From the NCBI GenBank assembly GCA_963762565.1, contig CAVXLD010000003.1, forward strand, positions 672,001 to 736,000: a DNA stretch of 64,000 nt. Reading direction: 5' to 3'. The notes beneath the pieces were generated by a model that saw nothing but the letters and a program-made list of their open reading frames with translations, was not told where the DNA came from and did not search any database. The stretch's first letter is position 1. The number at the start of each line of letters is the position of its first letter. Below are positions 40,344 through 49,454 of this stretch, one piece after another. The translations under genes and the position numbers were made by a program. This DNA comes from an uncultured Verrucomicrobiae bacterium. Its GTDB lineage: Bacteria; Verrucomicrobiota; Verrucomicrobiia; Chthoniobacterales; JAFAMB01.

Positions 40344-41183
40344 CGTCCCGAAGGGACTGAACGATGGTAGCCTGGCATGAAATGCCTGGGAAAGGCCCCA
40401 AACCGACCCGTCCCGTAGGGTACGGTATGATCGGGGCGGCTAGCCCCAGAGATATTTTTCGTCAAGATTGCCGCCGTGCCCCTTGAGAAAAGCTAGATAC
40501 TCTTCTTTAAACGTCCGGGTTCGGTGATGTTCGAGCTGCCGTTCGATGTAACAGACGGTTTCAGGTATTTGCGATATGCCAACGCTAAAGGCGCCGTACC
40601 CCTGCTGCCAGGCAAAGTTCCGCAAATGCGGATAGGTCTGATGTATCCAGCCTGACGAACCTGTTTTGATCAATTGAACTGCTTTTGCTATTCCCATGGT
40701 GGTCGGGAGCGCGAGGAGGAGGTGAACATGATCTGCGGCGCCGCCGATGCATTTTGGAACAATTCCATTCTGTTTGGCAATGCCACCTATGTAAGGCCAA
40801 AGACGTTCTCTAATATCGGGAGTCAAAACGGGAACGCGCTCTTTTGTGCTAAAGACACAATGGATGTGCAGGCACGAGAAGGTATTCGCCATAGAGCGTA
40901 TGATCCAAAAAATCGCTAATAGTGATAACACTAAGGAGTGATGTTATGTGTTACCTATCCGATTTCGCCAGGTGTCATCGCATGAGGGTGAGGAATGCGT
41001 GAGGGCATTGCGCTACGGGCAGGACCTCTATCATACCGTCCCTCTGGGACGGGTCGCATAGGGGGCTATTTTCCAGGCATTTCATGCCAGGCTACCATCG
41101 TTCGGTCCCTCCGGGACGGCTCGCATAGGGGGCCATTTTCCAGCATCTCATGCCAGGCTACTTTCATTCAGTCCCTACGGGAC
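40344..41183 (-). mobile_element. IS200-like/RAYT element flanked by inverted REP-like arrays
   Basis: Left arm 40344-40431 and right arm 41030-41118 are inverted copies containing GTCCC-NNN-GGGAC hairpins; an extra tandem unit lies at 41119-41183. Confidence 0.85.
40440..40892 (-). CDS. tnpA: IS200/IS605-family Y1 HUH transposase (REP-associated type)
   Basis: HCVFSTKER, DHVHLL (HUH), FAWQQGYGAFSV, YIERQLEHH. Confidence 0.93.
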   Translation of the reverse strand: MANTFSCLHIHCVFSTKERVPVLTPDIRERLWPYIGGIAKQNGIVPKCIGGAADHVHLLLALPTTMGIAKAVQLIKTGSSGWIHQTYPHLRNFAWQQGYGAFSVGISQIPETVCYIERQLEHHRTRTFKEEYLAFLKGHGGNLDEKYLWG

Positions 41184-41512
41184 AAACCTACCCCTCAAAC
41201 TCCGCGTTTGTTCCCCGGTCTTGTGCTGAGACTGACGGCAAGCGCATGTCGCTGCGAATAAGTTTCTCCGCTGCAGGACATGCGCTCGGACTCGGGCCAA
41301 ATCTGGGCTACGCATTCTTGAATCAATGCGATTGCCAGTTTTTCTAGAGGTAGGCCGAACGGGTGAATCAGTTTCAAGCCCAGGAGAAGAAACCTGAGCC
41401 GCCTGGCAAAGCGATGTCTTCTCTTGGCTAGCTGGTTGTAGTAGCGCTGCTGGCAGCGCCTTATTGACGGAGGCGATTCCATGGCAAGAGCAGAGCCAAG
41501 CCCTTCAGAACC

Positions 41513-42115
41513 TCAGCGCTTAGCGGCATCATTGACAATCGGCGTCGAATCTTTGTCGGGTGCTGGGTCGATTCGCAGTGCCTGCTGCAGCATATCGTTT
41601 ACCATCTCCGCAGCAGAACCGAAGGCATGAACCGGCGCTAACGTAACCCGCGACAGAACCACGTACTGTTTAGCCCCTAAGTCGAAACCGAAATACCAAA
41701 GATCCGAGTCACCAATAAAAAGGTATTTTCCAGCGGTTTCCGGCATAACGGACCAAAGGGAAAGATTTTCGGCCACGATCGTTGGGCCGTAAGCCTGTTC
41801 GTCGGGAAGATCTTGGTCGGTACCAAAGAGGCTGACCCCATTTTCCGAGAAACCATCTACTGCGGCGAAGATCTCCCGAAGTTCGACCGGCAGCTCGATT
41901 CCCAGCTCGTCGTACGCTGCCTGCTCTGTTTGCTCGATGTCTTCGGGCAGGGCTCCAGGAAGGAGCGGCCGGTTGCCTCGGGCTGCATCGCGGGCCAGAC
42001 GGTGTTCCAGGTTGGTTCGCTCGTCTGACGATAATTGCAGGTAGTATTGGGACGCTCGGAGATCGTTGAGAAATAGCTCGCTGAGCTCGCTTAATAAGTC
42101 GGTGTTGAGGTTCAT
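41513..42115 (-). CDS. SMI1/KNR4 (SUKH, YrhA-like) immunity protein
   Basis: IEQTEQ...LGIELPVELREIF..VDG..NGVSLFG, YLFIGDSD, FGSAAEMV; acidic; 2 nt after the nuclease stop. Confidence 0.8.
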   Translation of the reverse strand: MNLNTDLLSELSELFLNDLRASQYYLQLSSDERTNLEHRLARDAARGNRPLLPGALPEDIEQTEQAAYDELGIELPVELREIFAAVDGFSENGVSLFGTDQDLPDEQAYGPTIVAENLSLWSVMPETAGKYLFIGDSDLWYFGFDLGAKQYVVLSRVTLAPVHAFGSAAEMVNDMLQQALRIDPAPDKDSTPIVNDAAKR

Positions 42116-42117
42116 AG

Positions 42118-43200
42118 CTAGACTTTAATGGTAGTGCCAGCGTTTACTTTCGGTCCGGCGGCGATTCTGGTTTGACTTCGTTTTCGACTAGATTTTGTTT
42201 TTGCCAGAGGCGGTGTTTCCGGAGTGGCTGTAAGGTTGGAATCGACGATCGGCAGCTTGTTTTTCGGCACATGGTCGGGGCCAAGTTGGTGCCCGTTCAC
42301 GTAGGCGTCGCCTGGAAGCCATTCTGCGGTTAAACCCTCCACCTTGCGAGCGAGTTCATCGCGCGCCGTCAATTTAGCTGATTCGTCTTTGTTCTTCTTA
42401 CTGTAGAACTCGCCGAACGCCCGAGTAATGTCGTGGAACTCTTTGGGGACGGAGTAGGCGCGGTGCCCGGTCGCTTTCGAGAATTCTAGTATGCGCTTTT
42501 CCCAGACTTCCGGTAATGGAGGCGCTCCTAGATTCTTGAGATGTTCCCGAAGCTGTTCCGGGGTCTTGAACCCCTGGGTGACAGGAGGATAAAAGGGAAA
42601 CAATGGTCGCACTACGTAGATGGGAATCTCAGCGTTCGGTGCGTTATGGGTTTGGGCATGGAGTAATAAGCTGTGCCAGAGATGGTGCGGATTTTGTGAC
42701 TGATCACGGCCCCGGCGAGTGGTATTCGCAATTACAAAATTGCGGGGATGGTTAACCGCGGCGTCGCCTCCAGCGACAGCGACACTTTTGGGGATCACGT
42801 GATGGCAGTTGTAAGTGACCTGGCGGCCACGCACCGCCCGCTCGGGTGGCGCGGTGGAGTCGATCAACGTAGACGGGCTCCGGCCTGCTTCCATCAGTTT
42901 CACCCCATCCGGGCCGACGGCGAGTAGGGCCAAGGTCCGGCCAATTGGATGATTGACTAGAGCTTGGAAGTATTCTTCCCGGATGTGGTTGTAGTCTTTG
43001 ATGACGGTCTTGTATTCTTCGCCTTGGCGATCCAGGGCTCTGCCGAGGATACGGTCCAAAACGACGCCGGGAAGCTCTGGACATGCGCCCACAATTTCCG
43101 GGTCAGGCGCCAATTTCTCGAAATCACGAATCGCTTCAGCGACGGCATCGATCATCTCCTGACGCGGAGGAGCAGGAGGTTGTTTTTTTGAAGAGCTCAT
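42118..43200 (-). CDS. Putative HNH-fold nuclease toxin
   Basis: LMEAGRSP...YNCHHVIP...GG...NHPRNF...HHLWH is an HH-N-N-H pattern; lies directly upstream of a SUKH gene. Confidence 0.7.
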   Translation of the reverse strand: MSSSKKQPPAPPRQEMIDAVAEAIRDFEKLAPDPEIVGACPELPGVVLDRILGRALDRQGEEYKTVIKDYNHIREEYFQALVNHPIGRTLALLAVGPDGVKLMEAGRSPSTLIDSTAPPERAVRGRQVTYNCHHVIPKSVAVAGGDAAVNHPRNFVIANTTRRGRDQSQNPHHLWHSLLLHAQTHNAPNAEIPIYVVRPLFPFYPPVTQGFKTPEQLREHLKNLGAPPLPEVWEKRILEFSKATGHRAYSVPKEFHDITRAFGEFYSKKNKDESAKLTARDELARKVEGLTAEWLPGDAYVNGHQLGPDHVPKNKLPIVDSNLTATPETPPLAKTKSSRKRSQTRIAAGPKVNAGTTIKV

Positions 43201-43366
43201 GGTTTGGGAACGAGGTGGGGATGGGTAGGGGAGAGGCTATCGCTCGGGAGTTGAGGCATGCCGTAATAACATCTGTAAGACATGTTGTGATATATGCAGG
43301 ATGTTCTACGGCTTTGCAAGAACAAACCGTAATCATGTTATTAATTTCGGCCGGAGGAAGTTTTAG

Positions 43367-43690
43367 GGCGCGAAGCGCTGGTAGATTTTAGCCTAGGCTG
43401 AGTCTGCGAGGCCTAGGTAGCCATTTCCCCCAAAGCGAGAGCGCTGAAGGCGAGGAAGAAACAGGGTTGCATATATAATAACTATTATCCTATATGTTAT
43501 GGTCATGCCCCAATCGCTCTCCTGCCTTCTTCTCCGGTTGCTTTCGACGAACGATACGTCTGGGATTGAACTCCGGTTCTTTCGCGCCTTCAGCGCTTCG
43601 TCGCTGGGGGGCCGTTACCTAGGCCTCGCAGACTCAGCCTAGGCTAAAATCTTGCAGCCCCGAAATGCTTCGGGGTAAACGCTTCGCGCC
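43367..43690 (+). mobile_element. Non-autonomous, internally deleted IS200/RAYT derivative
   Basis: Perfect 37-bp inverted repeat (43383-43419 / 43616-43652) around 43505-43569, which encodes MPQSLSCLL and, in another frame, VAFDERYVWD*. Confidence 0.8.
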
Positions 43691-43761
43691 TAGTTCTCCG
43701 GAGTGGACAGTAACCGGAAGGCTCAACTAGTCCTCACTCACGCAGCGCTGCATTGACCCCT

Positions 43762-45408
43762 TCACAACAACATAAACGCCAGCCCCACGATAACGGTCGG
43801 AACAAGCGCGCCCAGGAATAGACCGAGAGGGGAAATTCCGGCTTCGCCAAAACGGGAAGCTAGAATGCTCTGGCCAGCCGGGTTGGGGGCATTGGCGATC
43901 ACGGTTAAACCGCCCCCGGTCACGGCGCCGGCCATTACGGCATAACGCGAAGAGTCAGGGAATCCAGGGACAAGGGTAGCCAGGTAGGTGATGGCGGCAT
44001 TGTCATTAAGTGCCGTGAGAGCGGTGGCGCAGATCATCAGCGGCCATTGGCTAAGCGATTTGAGAACGGGGCCGATCCACCAGGATTGACAGCCGCCATG
44101 GATGACTAGGGAGGCCAAGAAAAATCCCACTAACAGAGGAGGCCGCAAAGCGATGCCTTGCTGGTTATGCCGAGTGGCTGAGACAAAGGCGAGAAAGAAA
44201 AGGAAACCGAGAACCACTAGCACCGGATAATGCGCACTAATAACGGTCCAGACGAGGAACAACAGGTGAATCAGCGTGATAGACCAAGGCACTCTTCTTC
44301 GATCCTCTTCATCTCCAAATTCGCGCCGTTCTTGATTAAGCCGGCTGAACTCTTTTCGAAACGCGAGCCAATATAGAATATTCGAGATAATGATCGCGAT
44401 GACCGCTTTCCAGCCAAAGTTAGCCATCATGAAAGGCATGTCCCATTTCCAAGCGCTGGCGGCGAGTACCACGGGCGGAGCTGCGAAATGAGTTAGCGTG
44501 CCGCCGACCGAAATATTGACGAATAGCAATCCCAACGTGGCGTATTTCAACCGGCTGCTGGAATGCAAATTGTAAAAACGATGCCGGAGCAATAGGGCGC
44601 AAATGGTCATGGCTGCGGGCTCGGTGATAAAAGACCCCAAGATCGGTCCGATGGTTAGGATCGACATCCACCAGGCGGCAGGCGAACTTCGGCCGAGTTT
44701 AGCGACTTGCGAGATCGCGGTTTCCGCCGATCGCAGGATAGGTAACGATCCGGCGATCGCCATGATCACAACGACGAAGACCGGGTCCGCGACGTTGACA
44801 TGCCCGACGTAATCTACCATAGCGTCCCAGCCTTTGAATAGGATGATGGCGAGGAAAAGGGGAATCAACCAGATCCCGAAGACGGCTTCGATCTCTCCCA
44901 TGAAATGGTAGAACTGAGCCCAGAAAACCAGATGATCCCGTTTCCCTTCCGCAACTACCAGGTTCGGGTCAGCCTGTTCTTCCTCGAGCCGCAACAATCG
45001 ATGTTCAAAACTCCGTGAACGTTTCTGGAATTGGGCGGCCAAAAAAGTGTGCGTAATCGCCAATGCGAAAATGACGGTGGCGATCAGGTTAAGTGGATCA
45101 CTCTGAACCCGCCCCCAGAGCTGCGCCGGGATAAAAGTCACGTCGTCATCGTGATAGCTAGCCGGGTCCGCCGGGTATGCGCCGGCGCTGACTGATGCCG
45201 CGTGAAGGGAAGGCGACGCTAGGAGCAAAAAGCCGAGCAATAGAAGGAGTCGCTTGGTGAAAGGTGAAAGGTGAAAAGTGAAAGGTGAAAAGCGACTTAT
45301 ACCCAGGGGTCGGGGACGATGCCCGATAGTCCCGCAGGTCTTCTGGGCCGTAGAAGTTCCTTCTAAGCCAGCGCGTTCAGGATCCCTGGAGCACCTTTCA
45401 CTTTTCAC
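43762..45408 (-). CDS. Putative Na+/H+ antiporter (DUF1504-like); true start uncertain
   Basis: Many TMs; GEIEAVFGIW, GSFITEPAAMT, FVNISVGGTLT, DNAAITYL, GGGLTVIANAPNPAG. Confidence 0.82.
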   Translation of the reverse strand: MKSERCSRDPERAGLEGTSTAQKTCGTIGHRPRPLGISRFSPFTFHLSPFTKRLLLLLGFLLLASPSLHAASVSAGAYPADPASYHDDDVTFIPAQLWGRVQSDPLNLIATVIFALAITHTFLAAQFQKRSRSFEHRLLRLEEEQADPNLVVAEGKRDHLVFWAQFYHFMGEIEAVFGIWLIPLFLAIILFKGWDAMVDYVGHVNVADPVFVVVIMAIAGSLPILRSAETAISQVAKLGRSSPAAWWMSILTIGPILGSFITEPAAMTICALLLRHRFYNLHSSSRLKYATLGLLFVNISVGGTLTHFAAPPVVLAASAWKWDMPFMMANFGWKAVIAIIISNILYWLAFRKEFSRLNQERREFGDEEDRRRVPWSITLIHLLFLVWTVISAHYPVLVVLGFLFFLAFVSATRHNQQGIALRPPLLVGFFLASLVIHGGCQSWWIGPVLKSLSQWPLMICATALTALNDNAAITYLATLVPGFPDSSRYAVMAGAVTGGGLTVIANAPNPAGQSILASRFGEAGISPLGLFLGALVPTVIVGLAFMLL

Positions 45409-45431
45409 GTTTCACCTTTCACTTTTTCCAA

Positions 45432-45731
45432 TCACAGCCCTTTCTTCGACAACTCGGAAAGGCACTTCTCGATGGCATCCAAGGCGTGATCGGCATCCGA
45501 ACCTTCGGCGGTAACCAAAATTTCCGCACCACTACGAATATCAGCGGTCATGATATCCATGATGCTGATGGCAGAACAAAGACGTCCGTTTGCTTCCACC
45601 GTAATCACGCTCTTAAAACGCATCGCGCAGCGAACGAGCTCACTGGTGGGGCGAGCATGCAAGCCAGTAGGATTGGTTACCTGTATCTTCCGGCTTAGCT
45701 TGACAGAGTTCGGCCGCGGTTTCCCTGACAT
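45432..45731 (-). CDS. ptsH: HPr-family phosphocarrier protein
   Basis: NPTGLHARP (His15) and AISIMDIM (Ser46 region). Confidence 0.88.
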   Translation of the reverse strand: MSGKPRPNSVKLSRKIQVTNPTGLHARPTSELVRCAMRFKSVITVEANGRLCSAISIMDIMTADIRSGAEILVTAEGSDADHALDAIEKCLSELSKKGL

Positions 45732-45743
45732 GGTCCAATTTGG

Positions 45744-46010
45744 TTAAATGGCTTGCGATGGGGTTGCAGTGAACTCGTCCTCACTGATTTCTTCGATCTT
45801 GAGAACATGTGGATTTTCGCAGCAAAGTTCCAAAAATCGATAGCGATCTTCTTCCTCCTGCAACTCCACCAGAATCAATTGAGTGCTGGCATTTCGTTTG
45901 CGTGCCCAGCCAGAGACCCAGGGAATATGTACAACCGGCGGGAACACGTGAAACTGATAAAACGCCGCGTCTTCGTTTTGGAATGTGATTCGAAAACAGA
46001 ATCGATTCAT
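45744..46010 (-). CDS. Small hypothetical protein
   Basis: ATG start, 12 nt upstream of HPr, acidic C-terminus. Confidence 0.55.
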   Translation of the reverse strand: MNRFCFRITFQNEDAAFYQFHVFPPVVHIPWVSGWARKRNASTQLILVELQEEEDRYRFLELCCENPHVLKIEEISEDEFTATPSQAI

Positions 46011-46265
46011 CAGAAATCTAGTAATCGCTGCGATCTAGAGACGCAAAGGAGAACCGCAGATTGACGCAGATGTACGCAGATAAGAATGGTCCGCGGAATA
46101 CATTTTAGCGGCGATCATGACGAGCGGGTCAGAGACATTATCGAGCGGCGTGTTCCAACTGATGAGGCCGGTAGTCGAAGCCCAGATCAAAATCTGCGTA
46201 AATCTGCGTCCATTTCACCCCGGAGAATTTCGGGGCTGCGGTTCGTTTTCTGTCTTCGCTTCGGC

Positions 46266-47051
46266 CTAGGCGCCCGATGTTTGCGTCTCGAAAAACGCGA
46301 AGAAAGCGCCTTGCGGGTCTTGTACGACAGCGTATCGCCCCGCCTTCTCGATCTCAGTTGCGGGAACCAGGACTTTACCGCCGCCCTGCTTCAATTGCTC
46401 AAGGGTGGGCTCCAATTTCGCCACTAGGAAATAAGGCAACCAGTGAGGCGGCGCACCAGCAAACGAATTGGCCGGCGGAATACCACCGATGAATTCACCG
46501 CGGTTAACGATGTGAAGATAGCCGGTATAGATCTCGCCCGGTTTAAGTTCCCAACCGAAAAGAGAGCCGTAGAAAGCCTCGGCTGCAGCCTGATCTGGAG
46601 TCGCTAAGTCCGCCCAACAGAGTGTACCGGCAACCCCGGTTAAACGGATCCCGATACTGGTTTTGGCTTGCCAAATAGAAAATACGGCACCGGTGGGATC
46701 TTGGATAACCGCCATCCGCCCGGCGTCAAACACATCGAATGGCGCCGCTAGAACGCGTGCGCCCAGCGATTCGGCTTTCCCGCTTGTAGCGTCGGCATTC
46801 TCTACCGCCACGTATAACATCCAATGGGGAATGACACCGTGCTCTATTTGGTCCTGCCTCAGTGTGCAGGCAGCGCCGACCTCGCGCTGTTCGAGCTGGA
46901 ACATCGAATAGAACTGGTCTGGTCCGATCGGCAAATCCACAGCCGTCCAACCAAAGACCTTACTATAGAACGCTTTCGCTCCTTGCTGATCGTTGGTGCT
47001 GAGTTCAGGCCAGCAGAAGCTACCGATTCTGAATTCGTCGATTTGCGGCAT
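46266..47051 (-). CDS. VOC/glyoxalase family protein, two domains
   Basis: FCWPEL...AFYSKVFGW...GRMAVIQDPTGA, repeated in the second half. Confidence 0.9.
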   Translation of the reverse strand: MPQIDEFRIGSFCWPELSTNDQQGAKAFYSKVFGWTAVDLPIGPDQFYSMFQLEQREVGAACTLRQDQIEHGVIPHWMLYVAVENADATSGKAESLGARVLAAPFDVFDAGRMAVIQDPTGAVFSIWQAKTSIGIRLTGVAGTLCWADLATPDQAAAEAFYGSLFGWELKPGEIYTGYLHIVNRGEFIGGIPPANSFAGAPPHWLPYFLVAKLEPTLEQLKQGGGKVLVPATEIEKAGRYAVVQDPQGAFFAFFETQTSGA

Positions 47052-47095
47052 GGATGACCTTATGGATTTATTAGAAAGCGCCAACGGGAATCTGC

Positions 47096-47407
47096 GGCTC
47101 GCTTAGGCTCGCCGCAGGAGCCATGAGAGGGCGTGTCGCAGGGGTCGCCACCCGTGGAGCGCTGCCTCGCTTGCGAGGCCGTTGGTGAGCAAGGGCGAAG
47201 ATTGGACACGACTTTCGTCTATCCGCGCACTTGACGTAGCCAGGCGGACCTAACGACACAGGGCATCGACGGCAATGGGTGATCCGCCCACGATTTTCCT
47301 TTGCTCACCACGGCCTCGCAAGCGAGGCAGCGCTCCACGGGGTGGCGCCTCCTCCTAGCTCCTAGATTCTAGCTCCTAACTCCTTCGGCGAGCCTAAGGC
47401 GAGCCGC
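47096..47407. repeat. Family B element nested inside family C termini
   Basis: GGCTCGCTTAGGCTCGCCG ... [family B IR 47146-47347] ... CGGCGAGCCTAAGGCGAGCC. Confidence 0.85.
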
Positions 47408-48984
47408 TAAAACGGCTGCCGCAATTGCATATCTGCTTCGTGCAACCAATTGACTCCCTCTTCATCGAGTTGGCCGGTTTCACGAAGGCGAAACAGGATC
47501 TGGCTGCATTGCTCGAAGGCAAGGCGGGCATCCTTTGATTCGCCGTGGTCCCGAAGAAGTTTTCCCAGGGTGAGCTCGGTACCGGCAAAGGTCTCGTCAA
47601 GCTCATGGTTGTCGGGGTGTAGTTGTCGCAGCTTTTCCAAAATGGAGCTGGCCTCTTTATACGAGCTTAAGGCTTGGATTGCCATTTGCTGGGCGGAAAA
47701 TACGTAACCGATGGCTTCGAGATTGACGGTTAGTTGGACGCCCCAATTCGGGTCGGCAGGGTTCGCATGGTACGCAGCGGTCAGAACGTTGTGCGCGCGT
47801 TCGTATACGCTAAGTGCGTCCGGGTAACGGTGGTTGGTCACCAGGAGAGAGCCAAACCGCGACAAGACCCGGCATAGTTCCTTTTTAACGTCAGGGTCGG
47901 AAGTCAGCTTCTCATGGGCTTGCTCCAGAATGGTTGCGCTCTGGTTGAAGTGATCCAGCGCCTCGTCATATCGATTCAACTGTTCGGCGGCCAGCCCGTA
48001 TTGCTCGAGAATATGCCCTAGTGCGAGCTGAGCCCTGCTGCCGTTGTCAACAGCCGCGTTGATTGCATTCAGGAGATCAACCGCTTCTTGGCACACTGGC
48101 AATGCTTCCAGAGGTTCACTCCGTGCGACTAACAAAGAAGCGATGTTTCCCAAACCGACGGCAAGGTCTCGCTTGAAATCCTTATTGGCCTGGTCGCGTT
48201 CCACCATTTGCTGCCGCAGATCCCTGGATACCTCTAAGATTCGTATTGCTTGCTCTGGTTTTCCCTTAGTTACAATCAACGCGGCGGCATCATCCAGATT
48301 GACCGCTAGCTCCGCCAACCAACTAAGATTTGCGTTTGCGGCATCAGGCATTGTTTTGACAGTGTCAACGATCAGCCCATAGGCGTCGGCGGCTTCGTCA
48401 TAACTGCTCAGCAAAAGCAAAATCTCTCCCACCCAATCTTGATTTATTGCCTGTTCACTGGCCCAGTCATAGCTCTCCGGGTTCTGTCTTACTAAGCGAT
48501 CGCCGGCGGCACACGCTTTTTGATAGAATTGGAGGCTATTTGATAGTTGATGTCGTAAAAGGGAAACTCTACCCATCCGGGCCAGGCTCTTTGCTAAGTC
48601 GTGCAACCGGACGGGATCCTCAGAATCTTGATCAGCCAACGCCTGCCGGATTTCCAAGCTTTCCTGATAGTTGGCCAGTCCGCGGTCCAAATGGTTATTA
48701 GCTACCAACATGTCGCCGAACTTTTCATAGCAAGACGCTAAACCTTGGCGGACCGGAATATCGCCGGGATTTTGATCCGCCAGTGTTTGATAGAGAGTGC
48801 TTGCTTGTTGGAACGCAGCGCTGGCGTCGTCGACCTTCTGTTCAAGACCGAGATTCTCGCCTTGGTTGGTTAGCTCGGTCGCATGATTGAGCGACGAAAC
48901 TAGAGGATCCGCCAGGGCGGCAATAGGGGCGAAGAGGACCAGCAGGCAGGTACCGAGTAAGACGCGCCGGTCGTGGGAAAACAT
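47407..48984 (-). CDS. Secreted TPR-repeat protein
   Basis: Signal peptide ending in ALA; repeated A...YQ.SL.I...L...DP helices. Confidence 0.8.
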   Translation of the reverse strand: MFSHDRRVLLGTCLLVLFAPIAALADPLVSSLNHATELTNQGENLGLEQKVDDASAAFQQASTLYQTLADQNPGDIPVRQGLASCYEKFGDMLVANNHLDRGLANYQESLEIRQALADQDSEDPVRLHDLAKSLARMGRVSLLRHQLSNSLQFYQKACAAGDRLVRQNPESYDWASEQAINQDWVGEILLLLSSYDEAADAYGLIVDTVKTMPDAANANLSWLAELAVNLDDAAALIVTKGKPEQAIRILEVSRDLRQQMVERDQANKDFKRDLAVGLGNIASLLVARSEPLEALPVCQEAVDLLNAINAAVDNGSRAQLALGHILEQYGLAAEQLNRYDEALDHFNQSATILEQAHEKLTSDPDVKKELCRVLSRFGSLLVTNHRYPDALSVYERAHNVLTAAYHANPADPNWGVQLTVNLEAIGYVFSAQQMAIQALSSYKEASSILEKLRQLHPDNHELDETFAGTELTLGKLLRDHGESKDARLAFEQCSQILFRLRETGQLDEEGVNWLHEADMQLRQPF

Positions 48985-49174
48985 GGAAGAAACTAAGTAA
49001 TCCTGTGTCCGAGTATCTGAGCGCTGGTGTAGTGGGTTATTGTTTGGGTGGTACTGCTTAGCCGGTGATTGTAATACAAGTCGCCGAGAAACTCACGCAC
49101 AAAGGAAGGGGAGGGGGTGAGGGGTGAGGTGTGAAAGGTGATTAGTGATTGGTGATTAGTGGGCTGTCGCCCTT

Positions 49175-49387
49175 TTGGTGGGGCGAGGCTCCCGAAAGGC
49201 TGCACGTTTCATCGGAGCGAACCGGTAAAACCTGCTGGCGTGATGAGTAAGGCCTATAAACGCGCCGAGCCGTGATCCAGCGCTGGGCCACGGCTCGGCG
49301 AGCGTTGGGGCCTAGACAATTCCGTCGTCGGGTGAATATCAATCGCCTGCAAAACCTTGGGGTCCTTCTGGAGCCTCGGCCCGCCAA
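49175..49387. repeat. Palindromic element, family D
   Basis: TTGGTGGGGCGAGGCTCC...GGAGCCTCGGCCCGCCAA inside GTGATT(A/G)/AATCAC heptamer arms; second copy at 51594-51880. Confidence 0.85.
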
Positions 49388-49454
49388 AAAGGCCGCCGGT
49401 CCAACGAATCACCAATCACGAATCACCAATCACCTTTCGCCCTACCAACCCACC

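Noticed and set aside
41030..41183. Possible CRISPR-like repeat-spacer array
   Set aside because: Only 2-3 units, the intervening sequences are themselves repeated, and no cas genes are present; these are REP units.
41195..41482. 95-aa ORF after the SUKH gene
   Set aside because: No recognisable features and it ends next to the REP array; it cannot be supported, though it is not excluded.
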